A stretch of 64,000 nt of DNA, taken from a virus. The translations under genes were made by a program, and so were the position numbers. The stretch covers positions 1-64,000 of IMG/VR virus record IMGVR_UViG_3300046501_000132, one strand, 5' to 3'. This document shows, one piece after another, positions 56,037 through 64,000 of this stretch. The notes below the pieces were generated by a model that was not told the DNA's origin, did no database searches, and saw only the letters and a program-made list of their open reading frames with translations. The first letter of the stretch is position 1, and each line of letters opens with the position of its first letter.

Positions 56037-56672
56037 TTAGTCGGCAATTTCGATCTCAGTGCGAGCATTCGACTCCGACAGAACAAAATCAACTTCCGTC
56101 ACGAAGTCCGAGAACTTCGTTTGTAGTTCCTTGATCTTGTCTGCAATCTTAACCGGATCCAGCAACTTCGCTTCCGACTCACCCTTAACCGCCTGAGCGA
56201 TCAGGTTGTATTGATCTTCGTTGACCTTGCCCTTGTCATTACCATAGGCGGCCATCACACGCTTTTCGATGTCAGCTTCAACACGAGTGTTTTGCTGGTT
56301 CACCGCATTCGTCGCCTGGTTGTAATGAGCAACCAGAGTGTTGATGAAGTGCTGGGTATAACCAATCGAACCCTTACGCTCGATAGCCTCAGCAACAGTC
56401 ATTTCCGTACCGCTGATGTTCACCTTGGTGGAACCGTTCGATACGATGATGGCTCGCTTAATGGCATCACGCCGAGCAATGAGAGCCTCAACTTGTTGGA
56501 ACGACGCTGTGATTGCCGATTCGATCTGTTCCTTGGTCACCGCCGAGTTCAGCGGGACTTCCTTCTTGCCGCGTACTGCAGCGACATACGTACCACCCAC
56601 GATAGCGGAGTTGATACGTGAATCCAGGGTCTTCAGTTCGGCCAGGCCGCGCGTTACCGTAATCTTTGTCAT
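56037..56672 (-). CDS. coiled-coil protein, DIP1984/DUF6847-like
   Basis: RGLAELKTLDSRI...SNGSTKV.I.G..MTVAEAI...EVDFVLSESNARTEIE pattern; family assignment from memory. Confidence 0.6.
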   Translation of the reverse strand: MTKITVTRGLAELKTLDSRINSAIVGGTYVAAVRGKKEVPLNSAVTKEQIESAITASFQQVEALIARRDAIKRAIIVSNGSTKVNISGTEMTVAEAIERKGSIGYTQHFINTLVAHYNQATNAVNQQNTRVEADIEKRVMAAYGNDKGKVNEDQYNLIAQAVKGESEAKLLDPVKIADKIKELQTKFSDFVTEVDFVLSESNARTEIEIAD

Positions 56673-56711
56673 ACTTTCCTTTCTCTCTTTTCGTAAAATT
56701 ACTTAGTCTGA

Positions 56712-57272
56712 TTATTTCCGGCGAGAAAATCCGCCGAAAGAAGAACTTTTGGAAGCTGAAGGCTTGTCCAACGACAGCTTCTTCGGGGTGGATGGTGCGA
56801 TCGGTGAAGGTGCTGCCGGAATAACCTTGGAAGCCGATACCGGAACAGACTTCATTTGTGTCGGAGCCGTGGCAACAACTGGTGCAGGTTTCGGCGTTTC
56901 CTTCACATACTGCTTGACGATCACAGTCTTGTTGACCACCGTCGGACGGTTGTAATACCGATCCTGACCATAACGACGATCATCATAGTAGCGCGGTTGG
57001 TTGTTGTTACTTGCCGATCCCAGGGCATAACCCAGGGCCGCACCAGCCAGGGCGCCGGTCATCGTATCGCCAGAATGGCTCTGGGCCGGGGCTTGATTGA
57101 TGATCACCGGAGCGGGTGTAGTAGCCACAGGGGCGGAAGCGACCTGGGTCTGAGCCTGAGCAGCTTGAGCTGCAAACACACCCGGAGGAACAGGGTTGGA
57201 TACCTGTTTATCCTCACCACAACCGGCCAGGAAAGCCAGCGATACCGCCACTACAAGCAGAGTCTTCTTCAT
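56712..57272 (-). CDS. lipoprotein with glycine zipper and low-complexity tail
   Basis: Signal peptide with lipobox LAGC; GALAGAALGYALG. Confidence 0.75.
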   Translation of the reverse strand: MKKTLLVVAVSLAFLAGCGEDKQVSNPVPPGVFAAQAAQAQTQVASAPVATTPAPVIINQAPAQSHSGDTMTGALAGAALGYALGSASNNNQPRYYDDRRYGQDRYYNRPTVVNKTVIVKQYVKETPKPAPVVATAPTQMKSVPVSASKVIPAAPSPIAPSTPKKLSLDKPSASKSSSFGGFSRRK

Positions 57273-57298
57273 TTTCTTACAAAGGTTGAGTTTTGAAA

Positions 57299-57529
57299 TT
57301 ACTTCTTAGTGTGTTCCACGATACCGATCAACACCGCCATACGTCCTTTAATGCCATGCAGATTCTTGATCGAGCCGGATTCAAACAACACACCATTACT
57401 ATAGAACGAGGCATCAACCATCTTGATAACATCCGCTGCGACAGATTCAATCAAACTCAGGACATCCAGACTAACATTAGTCGGAATATCTTTGTTCACA
57501 TTCAACATCACTTCTCCAAAAGCTATCAT
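57299..57529 (-). CDS. hypothetical protein
   Basis: Packed ORF. Confidence 0.55.
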   Translation of the reverse strand: MIAFGEVMLNVNKDIPTNVSLDVLSLIESVAADVIKMVDASFYSNGVLFESGSIKNLHGIKGRMAVLIGIVEHTKK

Positions 57530-57547
57530 ACATCATACATCATACCA

Positions 57548-58078
57548 TTAATTCGGTAGATTGAACTGTGCTGAAGCAATCAGCTTATTTAGACACACCA
57601 AGGTCTTGGGTGTGATGTAATGATCTGACGCAAATTCTTCAATGTCGAAGTCGATCATCCGTTCACGATCATACGAACGCTTGATGCGCATAATATATGC
57701 CAAATTCGGATTACTATCCGAAATGAACTTAACTTCGGACTGACTCCAATTAGGAATCCACTTACCGTAGTTGTCCTGATAGTATTCATCAGGCAATTCC
57801 TTCACCTTCTGAACATACCCACGAGCTTGCTTCAGGATTTCGAAGACGTCATCGCCAATAATCACTCCCTCTTTGGAGGCATCCAAGACCAGAGTTTGAT
57901 CAGACTGAGACATCCAGAACCAGAACTTGAATTCAAGAGAAGTCTGGTCAACTCGACTGATACCAAAGCTGCGACGCATTTCAATCCGAGGATTTTGTCC
58001 CTTGGCGTAAATCTTTGCCGCTTCGAAGGCCATCGTTCCGATGTATTCTCCGACCGATACTTTGAAATCTTCAAGCAC
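57548..58078 (-). CDS. hypothetical protein
   Basis: Packed ORF, GTG start with SD GGAG. Confidence 0.65.
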   Translation of the reverse strand: MLEDFKVSVGEYIGTMAFEAAKIYAKGQNPRIEMRRSFGISRVDQTSLEFKFWFWMSQSDQTLVLDASKEGVIIGDDVFEILKQARGYVQKVKELPDEYYQDNYGKWIPNWSQSEVKFISDSNPNLAYIMRIKRSYDRERMIDFDIEEFASDHYITPKTLVCLNKLIASAQFNLPN

Positions 58079-58082
58079 GCTA

Positions 58083-58562
58083 TTACTCCCAGTTGACGTC
58101 TTGGGTCGACGCCATTGCTTCGATCTTCATCACGACAAACTTCTTCTGCTTGTCGATAGCAGCCAGGCGCGCCGCTTCAGCCTTTGCGCTATCCTTAGTC
58201 GGATGACGTGCCGGAGCAGACGACATCGAGAACATGCCACCAATCTTGGTAATCGAACCAACGATCCAATCACCAGTCTGAACAACACCACCAACGCTTG
58301 TCTTCATAGGACTATTCACTCTCACAGCGGCTTTTGCCCGCTCAACATTTACAATTCGCTTCAGCTCATCAACCGTGATGAACTTCGTTTTGCCGTTGTT
58401 ATACAACCTATAACCGATTCGGTATTGATCGTCAATATTGTGTTTCCGAATCTTACCAGCACGGGAGTAGTGATATGAAATCACCTCAATATCATCCAAA
58501 CTCTTACCAACGCTGATCTCATACTGAGGAAACCCGTAAATCGGGTACTTATCACTATCCAT
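58083..58562 (-). CDS. hypothetical protein (NUMOD4-like N-terminus possible)
   Basis: Start moved to ATG 58562 (SD AAGGA) because the track start lies inside tRNA-Arg; PIYGFPQYEIS. Confidence 0.65.
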   Translation of the reverse strand: MDSDKYPIYGFPQYEISVGKSLDDIEVISYHYSRAGKIRKHNIDDQYRIGYRLYNNGKTKFITVDELKRIVNVERAKAAVRVNSPMKTSVGGVVQTGDWIVGSITKIGGMFSMSSAPARHPTKDSAKAEAARLAAIDKQKKFVVMKIEAMASTQDVNWE

Positions 58563-58574
58563 CAAATAATCCTT

Positions 58575-58650
58575 TGGCGCAACGAGAGGGATTCGAACCC
58601 CCGACAAACGGGGTAGAAGCCCGCTGCTCTATCCACTGAGCTACCGTCGC
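58575..58650 (-). tRNA. tRNA-Arg(TCT)
   Basis: gcggg-CT TCT AC-cccgt; A20; CCA. Confidence 0.9.
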
Positions 58651-58683
58651 ATTTCGATTCTTCTCTAACTCAGCATAACATCT

Positions 58684-58711
58684 ATTATACCGAGTCCTAT
58701 GTAAAAGTAAA
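58684..58711 (-). promoter_or_regulatory. promoter TTTACT-N16-TATAAT heading the tRNA region
   Basis: -10 at 58684-58689, -35 at 58706-58711. Confidence 0.65.
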
Positions 58712-58899
58712 GCGATGTACTATGAATTATAATGTCGCTTCGAAATACAGATGATCAAAGTCCATCACTTGACCACAATCATCACGCACGGAAACAGTTG
58801 TATCGTCGGTGTGGATGATGATATATTGCCGACCACGAGTCAAATGCGGAGGATGATTAACTACGGGACTGACTTTGGTGCAACCTTCGAAAATCGCCA

Positions 58900-59364
58900 T
58901 CACTCATACTCCACTAACGTTATTTGTATGCTTGGGCTAGCACTATTAATAATTCCTGCAATAGTTGCCCAATCGCCACGAGCAAGACCTGCACCGATTT
59001 TAGGAATTCCCAAAATGAAAGGTTCAGGACTAAATGTTCTAACATCTTCATTAATCTTTACGAAAGCACTTTTAATGGAATCGTAAAGACGCTTTCGATC
59101 TTCACGCCCAGGTCTGAATTGAGTGTAGGCGTTATAGATCCAACCGAAGTCGGTTTCACAAACTGAAAATTCTCCAAGCTTTCCGGCTTCGCCATAGGGA
59201 GACTTTTCATCCTCCCGAAGCGCCTCAGGAAACTCTTGTGCAATCGACGCTGCAACTCCAGCGCCCATCGTATGGAAGCAGTTACACCCGTGGGCAATCC
59301 CATGGAACTGTCCCTGCTTGAACATCGTGATCAGGTTTCCCTTGGTCGTCTTAACTATCGGCAT
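58900..59364 (-). CDS. macrodomain (Appr-1-p processing / ADP-ribosyl hydrolase) protein
   Basis: HGCNCFHTMGAGVA, NAYTQ, PKIGAGLARGDW. Confidence 0.88.
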   Translation of the reverse strand: MPIVKTTKGNLITMFKQGQFHGIAHGCNCFHTMGAGVAASIAQEFPEALREDEKSPYGEAGKLGEFSVCETDFGWIYNAYTQFRPGREDRKRLYDSIKSAFVKINEDVRTFSPEPFILGIPKIGAGLARGDWATIAGIINSASPSIQITLVEYE

Positions 59365-59415
59365 CTAAATCTCCATTACAGCTATTATACCGAAATACAT
59401 AGCTAATAGGAATGA

Positions 59416-60174
59416 TTAACAGAAGTCGAACACTGAAGATGTGGTGGACTTCTTCGCTTCATTCTTCGCTCGGAATTCTTTGATCTTATCGGCCAGCAAC
59501 TGCATATAATCTCTACGGTCACGCACGAATACCTGTGCATCCTTCGCATTCTCAACCGAGATAATGATTACCAACTTCTCTGCCTTCAGACCATATAGTT
59601 CCTCCAGCATAATGGAGTAACAGGTTGCCTGTAGGAAATAGTTTGTGATCCACTTCGCCAGCTTCTCTTTAGTCGCTGTCTTGAAGTCAATGATTGCCAG
59701 TTCGCCTTTATACTTCGCAATGCAGTCAACTCGCCCGGCTAACTGCATCACCTTAGACCACAACGGGAGTTCCAACGCGTGAATATCATCCACGTGCATT
59801 CTTAGAACCCGTTCGATCTGTCGGTACATAAATTTGTAATCACCAGCGTGTGCATCATCTGGGCGATTCTTCAATAGATATTCAAGTGCCAAGTGGACAC
59901 CAGTACCGCGATTCGCGCAACGCTCCGACTCAGCATTTGCCTTATCAACCCCACCCAACTTCTCAGCCCAACGTTCAAACCAATCGCTGTCTTCCTCGAA
60001 TGAGCCCAAGAAAGTGGTGACGGACGGATACCTACTTCCGTCCGGGGTTACATACAACCGTCCCGTTGGACTGTCGATGTTGTAACAATCGTACTCAGTC
60101 AAAAAACACTGCCGAAATGTCTTATCGGCAGTGTTTTTGCGTTGCTTTAGTATATCAAACGACGGCATTACCAC
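59416..60174 (-). CDS. PD-(D/E)XK exonuclease
   Basis: RYPSVTT, RGTGVH, AGRVDCI..IIDFKT, YFLQATCY. Confidence 0.88.
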   Translation of the reverse strand: MVMPSFDILKQRKNTADKTFRQCFLTEYDCYNIDSPTGRLYVTPDGSRYPSVTTFLGSFEEDSDWFERWAEKLGGVDKANAESERCANRGTGVHLALEYLLKNRPDDAHAGDYKFMYRQIERVLRMHVDDIHALELPLWSKVMQLAGRVDCIAKYKGELAIIDFKTATKEKLAKWITNYFLQATCYSIMLEELYGLKAEKLVIIISVENAKDAQVFVRDRRDYMQLLADKIKEFRAKNEAKKSTTSSVFDFC

Positions 60175-60718
60175 GTCGCTTTTGGATGATCTCCATCACT
60201 TCATCGAAGTGGAATGGCATCATATCCTTTTGCGGACGAGCATCAATTCCCACATCAACACGATTCTGGATAGTACGACACTCGTGGTGATCGTCCCCAT
60301 GAATGTGTCCATGCAGGTGAATCGTACCGCGATGCATTTGATCCCAACTTTCGATAGGATAGTGCATCATTACAATCCGGTGATCTCCTACCTTGATAGT
60401 TCCGTAGGTCTTGATCGAAGCAAAGTAGTAGGTCAGGCGACCTTCCATGATGTTTCGACCATCGTGATTGCCAGCCTTGAGGTGAATATCACCATTCAAC
60501 CGAGTTAGAACATTCTCAGTCTGAGTCGTGGTTCCGAAACTAAAATCGCCAAGGTGGTGAACCGTATCACCTGGCTTAATACGACTGTTCCAGTTTTCGA
60601 TCATCAGTTCCGTCATTTCAACCTCATCCTTCCCTTGGCGGGTGGTTGGGCAGAACTTCAGAATGTTCTTATGATAGAAGTGGGTATCACTAGTAAACCA
60701 AATATTAGGTTGACTCAT
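60155..60718 (-). CDS. calcineurin-like metallophosphoesterase
   Basis: SDTHFYH, LGDF, GNHD, HYP and HGHIH motifs; start taken at MSQPNIW. Confidence 0.88.
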   Translation of the reverse strand: MSQPNIWFTSDTHFYHKNILKFCPTTRQGKDEVEMTELMIENWNSRIKPGDTVHHLGDFSFGTTTQTENVLTRLNGDIHLKAGNHDGRNIMEGRLTYYFASIKTYGTIKVGDHRIVMMHYPIESWDQMHRGTIHLHGHIHGDDHHECRTIQNRVDVGIDARPQKDMMPFHFDEVMEIIQKRRGNAVV

Positions 60719-61637
60719 TCTCTTTTTCCAAATATGTTTTGATCTCACTGATCCTAGTCTGTTCATCCATCAGCAGGAACTTGTCCTTGATGGTGTATAG
60801 ATAATCAATCAGTGGATAGTATTCTTCTTCAAACTGTTGACGTGCAGTGTAGCGGTTGTCCGACAACACACCCTTCAATAGTTTAGTCTCCCCGGCACGA
60901 GCCAGGAACTTCGTCACCTTGTAATACGGCGACTTGATCTTGAGAGCCTTACCATCGCCATAGACCATATATCCTTCATGAGTGCACATCTGAGCCATCT
61001 TGACGATGTCAGAGAAACGCATATTATAGGTGGATTCTGGGCGCTTACAACCAAATACATTAGCTGCATGATCCAATACTGACTCAAAAGCTTCAGCGAT
61101 AAACCCATCTTCATGATAAGTGCATGCCCCGATCAACCAAGCCCCTAGTTCTTCCTCGATGATGTGAGGGTCGGTTTCATCACAGATCTCAAAGATGAAA
61201 GTACTGTTGGGGAAAGACTTGATCCAATTCTCATACTGAGCAACGTGCTTCTCGATCAGATCAACAAAATCGCTATCCAGACTTCCAGTGGTCGAATAGA
61301 TAATCTTGTCCGAGATTTCAGGACGATAGGTTGCGCAGCCCATGAAGCCATTGATCTTCCTAACAGCCAAACACAGCTCATCCCGGTCAATGATGGTTCC
61401 GTTCTCCATGTAATTAAACACCTTGGTGAAGGGCTTCACCACCACATTATAGTCCGCATCAACCACCAGACCGCGAGCATACTTGATCATATCATGCTCG
61501 TTCCACAACGCATCATAGAATACGTTTGCAGAATACTTCAGCACATACAACCCAGGCCAGCGTACCGACTCACGCCGTTTCACCAGCTTGGGATTTTCTT
61601 CAACGAACTTCTTCAGTTCAGTGGGGTTGATATGCAC
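60705..61637 (-). CDS. RNA ligase 1 (T4 Rnl1/RnlA-like)
   Basis: ARGLV, KVFNY, KINGF (motif I), FIFE, EGYMV, KIKSPYY. Confidence 0.82.
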   Translation of the reverse strand: MHINPTELKKFVEENPKLVKRRESVRWPGLYVLKYSANVFYDALWNEHDMIKYARGLVVDADYNVVVKPFTKVFNYMENGTIIDRDELCLAVRKINGFMGCATYRPEISDKIIYSTTGSLDSDFVDLIEKHVAQYENWIKSFPNSTFIFEICDETDPHIIEEELGAWLIGACTYHEDGFIAEAFESVLDHAANVFGCKRPESTYNMRFSDIVKMAQMCTHEGYMVYGDGKALKIKSPYYKVTKFLARAGETKLLKGVLSDNRYTARQQFEEEYYPLIDYLYTIKDKFLLMDEQTRISEIKTYLEKENEST

Positions 61638-62097
61638 GCAACTTCTCCATGAACGAGTCGTGAGACTCCATCTTATTATACATACGTTCCATCACTTCAG
61701 CAGGAACGTTGTGGATACTTCCGTAATTGACTTCCTTCAGAGTCGAATAAACAACGATGTTAGTCGTGCCCAGGCGCTTGGCGAAATCCACATAGGGCTT
61801 CGCATCTGCAAAAGTCAGGTTGGTATTAGCAACCACCACATCACGATCCTGAACCAAAAAGGCTTCAGCCGTTTGAAGACACCAACGATGAGCGCGAGAC
61901 AGATGCTCCATCTCAAAGTTATAGGTGCGCTCGGGGTTGCGATACCAATACATATCCGCTTCAATCAGCAGGGATTCATCTGCCTTGAAATCCCGAGCCA
62001 GCGTGGACTTGCCGGACCCAGGAAGTCCACGCACAATCACCAAGGTGTTTTTGACAACACGTGGCGCGCAAATACTCACTTCAAAACCGAGACTCAA
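61618..62097 (-). CDS. P-loop polynucleotide-kinase-like protein (AAA_33)
   Basis: RGLPGSGKST, EADMY, VVVANTN, HNVP. Confidence 0.82.
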   Translation of the reverse strand: MSLGFEVSICAPRVVKNTLVIVRGLPGSGKSTLARDFKADESLLIEADMYWYRNPERTYNFEMEHLSRAHRWCLQTAEAFLVQDRDVVVANTNLTFADAKPYVDFAKRLGTTNIVVYSTLKEVNYGSIHNVPAEVMERMYNKMESHDSFMEKLRAYQPH

Positions 62098-62489
62098 AAT
62101 TTTACTTCCTTATAGATTTTGAAATCGTCCCGCAGTTCCTTCAGGATTTCCCTAATAGGAGTGTCGCAAGATTCATTCAGAGAAAACACACCCTGCGTAC
62201 AACGCCCATCAGAGGACTTGAACGCAAGCCATTTGTCTATTACCCCGCCGCTCAAACTTTCATGATGAAATTCTTCTACTCGCTTGGTAAGACGGTCATC
62301 ACGCCAGAATAGAACCAACCTTGGATCTTTATCCAGTTTGGCGTTTAGCCTGTCGATGAAAGCCTTGGCGGCTTCCCAACGGGCTAGTTCACGTTTAGTA
62401 TATGGCTTGTGCTCGTAGATCATTTTATTGTTTAAATCGAGTACCGCATTGAGGGCATTCACAAATACGTCTAGACAACCTACCGGCAC
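62094..62489 (-). CDS. hypothetical protein
   Basis: Packed ORF; start uncertain. Confidence 0.55.
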   Translation of the reverse strand: MPVGCLDVFVNALNAVLDLNNKMIYEHKPYTKRELARWEAAKAFIDRLNAKLDKDPRLVLFWRDDRLTKRVEEFHHESLSGGVIDKWLAFKSSDGRCTQGVFSLNESCDTPIREILKELRDDFKIYKEVKF

Positions 62490-62636
62490 GACGAATGTGC
62501 AACGGCGTATCTCTTAGATAACTAAGGGCTTTATCGAAGTCGCCTCAAACTCAGTCAAAACTATCTTACAGTCCATTATACTTTCGTTGGTCTCCGCCCG
62601 TAGGCGGTAAACCATTTCAGCAGTAATTGCAGGCAT

Positions 62637-63080
62637 TTATAGACCCAGCATCATCTTCCGATAGTCGATCGCATTCTTGATATCGAAACCGCGTTGACGG
62701 AGTTGACCCTTAGCATCCTCAAGGAACTTCACCGTGCGCTCGGTTTCCTTCACAATAGTTCGCATCTCAACCACAAGCGGGTCGATGTTCATATGGCTGG
62801 GAATATCGGTCTTCAGAATCGCCTCGGTTAGAGGCTCTTTCTTGTAGACTTCTGACGACTCTTTACCTGCGTAGTAACGCTGACGCTTGTGTTCGAGCTT
62901 GTGAAGCGCTGTGTATAATTCACCGAGCTTCCGAGACTTGAGGATGTAAATTCGGTTAATACTCGTGAAGATTTTCGAGTTTCGAAGGGCTTCCCCGTCA
63001 AGATCATCAGGGTTGATAGCCAGAAGGCGATCAACTTCGCCCTCAATTTCTTCATACGTTGCTTCCTTGTGGTCCATCAT
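62637..63080 (-). CDS. uvsY: recombination mediator protein
   Basis: RYYAGK...RGFDIKNAIDYRK signature. Confidence 0.88.
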   Translation of the reverse strand: MMDHKEATYEEIEGEVDRLLAINPDDLDGEALRNSKIFTSINRIYILKSRKLGELYTALHKLEHKRQRYYAGKESSEVYKKEPLTEAILKTDIPSHMNIDPLVVEMRTIVKETERTVKFLEDAKGQLRQRGFDIKNAIDYRKMMLGL

Positions 63081-63963
63081 TTTCCTTCAGTTTCACCTGG
63101 GCGATGATACTCTTGATCTTCGCGTTCAGGTCTTGGTTATCGAGTTCATAGTGAGTCCGGTGATCACCCAGAATCCCGGTGTAGCGGCGATAGCTGACAT
63201 GTGGTAGGAAAGTTTGGATGATCAGGTCATCCAGTTCCTTCTCCAGCTTCTCGCGCTCAGTCGCACCCTTCTTGGCGAAAGACAGTACGTTGGTCTCACG
63301 CTCCGATTCCAGACGCGCCTTGACGAATTCTAGACCCTTGGTTGTCAGCTTCGCAACGTTCGATTCACGCACACCCCTGTTATCGCTGATAACCGGGCGA
63401 GTACCATAGCATTGTTCCTTGAACCACTTCTTCCAGAACAGAGCGTTGTTGCTGACATAGCGCCCGGCATAGCCTTGTGCTACCAGCCAATCCGAAAGAG
63501 CACCAGCTGTCATATTCAGAGTCTTGGCTGCTTCCTTGATGCCAAGTAGAGTCGGAAGCGCAGCCGGCACATCCATATTTCGGAATACGGGAACGGCAGT
63601 ATTTTGCTTTGCAGACTTCACTGATTTCTTACGCGGCGTGGTCTTCTTCGAATGGTGTGCTGTCGGCTGGGATTGAGCGAGAGCAAGTACTTGATCAGTG
63701 ACTTGCTTTGCCCAGTTAGCAAACGGGGTCACGTTGATGTTGGATGCGTCACGACCAATCTTACCAAGCGTCTTCGCGCTAAGATAGATACCATCGAACA
63801 GATTAACCTCACGGTTCTTGCCCTTGGTGTGGTGACGAAGCGAGGCGGTGCGCGAATAGCCAGTGGCCGGCACACAGTCGATCAGGTTGAAAAGCACTTG
63901 ACCATTTTCGTAGGCACCACGAATCGTATGGCCGTTGTAGGTACGTTGGAAACGATTGCTCAT
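63052..63963 (-). CDS. Bro-N / antirepressor (ANT, KilA-C-like) DNA-binding protein
   Basis: GHTIRG..NGQVLFNLID N-domain; IKEAAKTL...KLTTKGLEFV. Confidence 0.7.
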   Translation of the reverse strand: MSNRFQRTYNGHTIRGAYENGQVLFNLIDCVPATGYSRTASLRHHTKGKNREVNLFDGIYLSAKTLGKIGRDASNINVTPFANWAKQVTDQVLALAQSQPTAHHSKKTTPRKKSVKSAKQNTAVPVFRNMDVPAALPTLLGIKEAAKTLNMTAGALSDWLVAQGYAGRYVSNNALFWKKWFKEQCYGTRPVISDNRGVRESNVAKLTTKGLEFVKARLESERETNVLSFAKKGATEREKLEKELDDLIIQTFLPHVSYRRYTGILGDHRTHYELDNQDLNAKIKSIIAQVKLKENDGPQGSNV

Positions 63964-64000
63964 TTAGAAATTTCCATTCTATGTTAGGAAAGTCGTATTC

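Noticed and set aside
1-64000. Genome-wide amber (TAG) reassignment
   Set aside because: Conserved genes are intact and densely packed under the standard code; gp17 and nadV end at TAG at expected lengths. Only local readthrough is supported.

Overview
This is a 64-kb segment of a large T4-superfamily myovirus genome; no host sequence is apparent. The order rnh-gp55-gp47-gp46-gp61, the gp6-gp7-fibres-VrlC-gp13...gp23 block and CTAAATA late promoters are Ackermannviridae/ViI-like in style (inference). Layout: 1-15.4 kb, minus-strand early and replication genes (DRB0094-type RNA ligase, SpoT-like HD protein, GIY-YIG endonuclease, primase, gp46/47, gp55, RNase HI). 15.5-15.84 kb, a promoter-to-terminator, ORF-less structured RNA candidate. 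15.9-19.7 kb, minus-strand late cassette (collagen-SGNH fibre, holin-like proteins). 19.9-47.2 kb, plus-strand virion morphogenesis module. 47.2-49.8 kb, NadV/NatV NAD salvage. 50.0-58.7 kb, a minus-strand array of 27 tRNAs, 3 aberrant tRNA-like RNAs, several structured spacers, GroES and a Pth2-like gene. 58.9-64 kb, macrodomain, exonuclease, split kinase/Rnl1/phosphoesterase RNA-repair module, UvsY and an antirepressor. Top candidates for new biology: (1) an amber-suppressor tRNA(CUA) 40 nt upstream of a Pth2-like gene whose SD-led start is followed by an in-frame UAG at codon 4, plus two more SD-led amber minigenes in the same array; (2) a DIP1984/DUF6847-like coiled-coil gene followed by a ~324-nt closed, structured RNA carrying a ~13-unit 7-8-nt repeat tract; (3) a ~330-nt structured RNA transcribed divergently from RNase HI; (4) non-canonical tRNAs (class II body with CCA anticodon, A34 tRNA-Ser(AGA), a double-T-arm RNA). 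All calls are by eye from sequence and motif recognition; no searches or folding programs were run.
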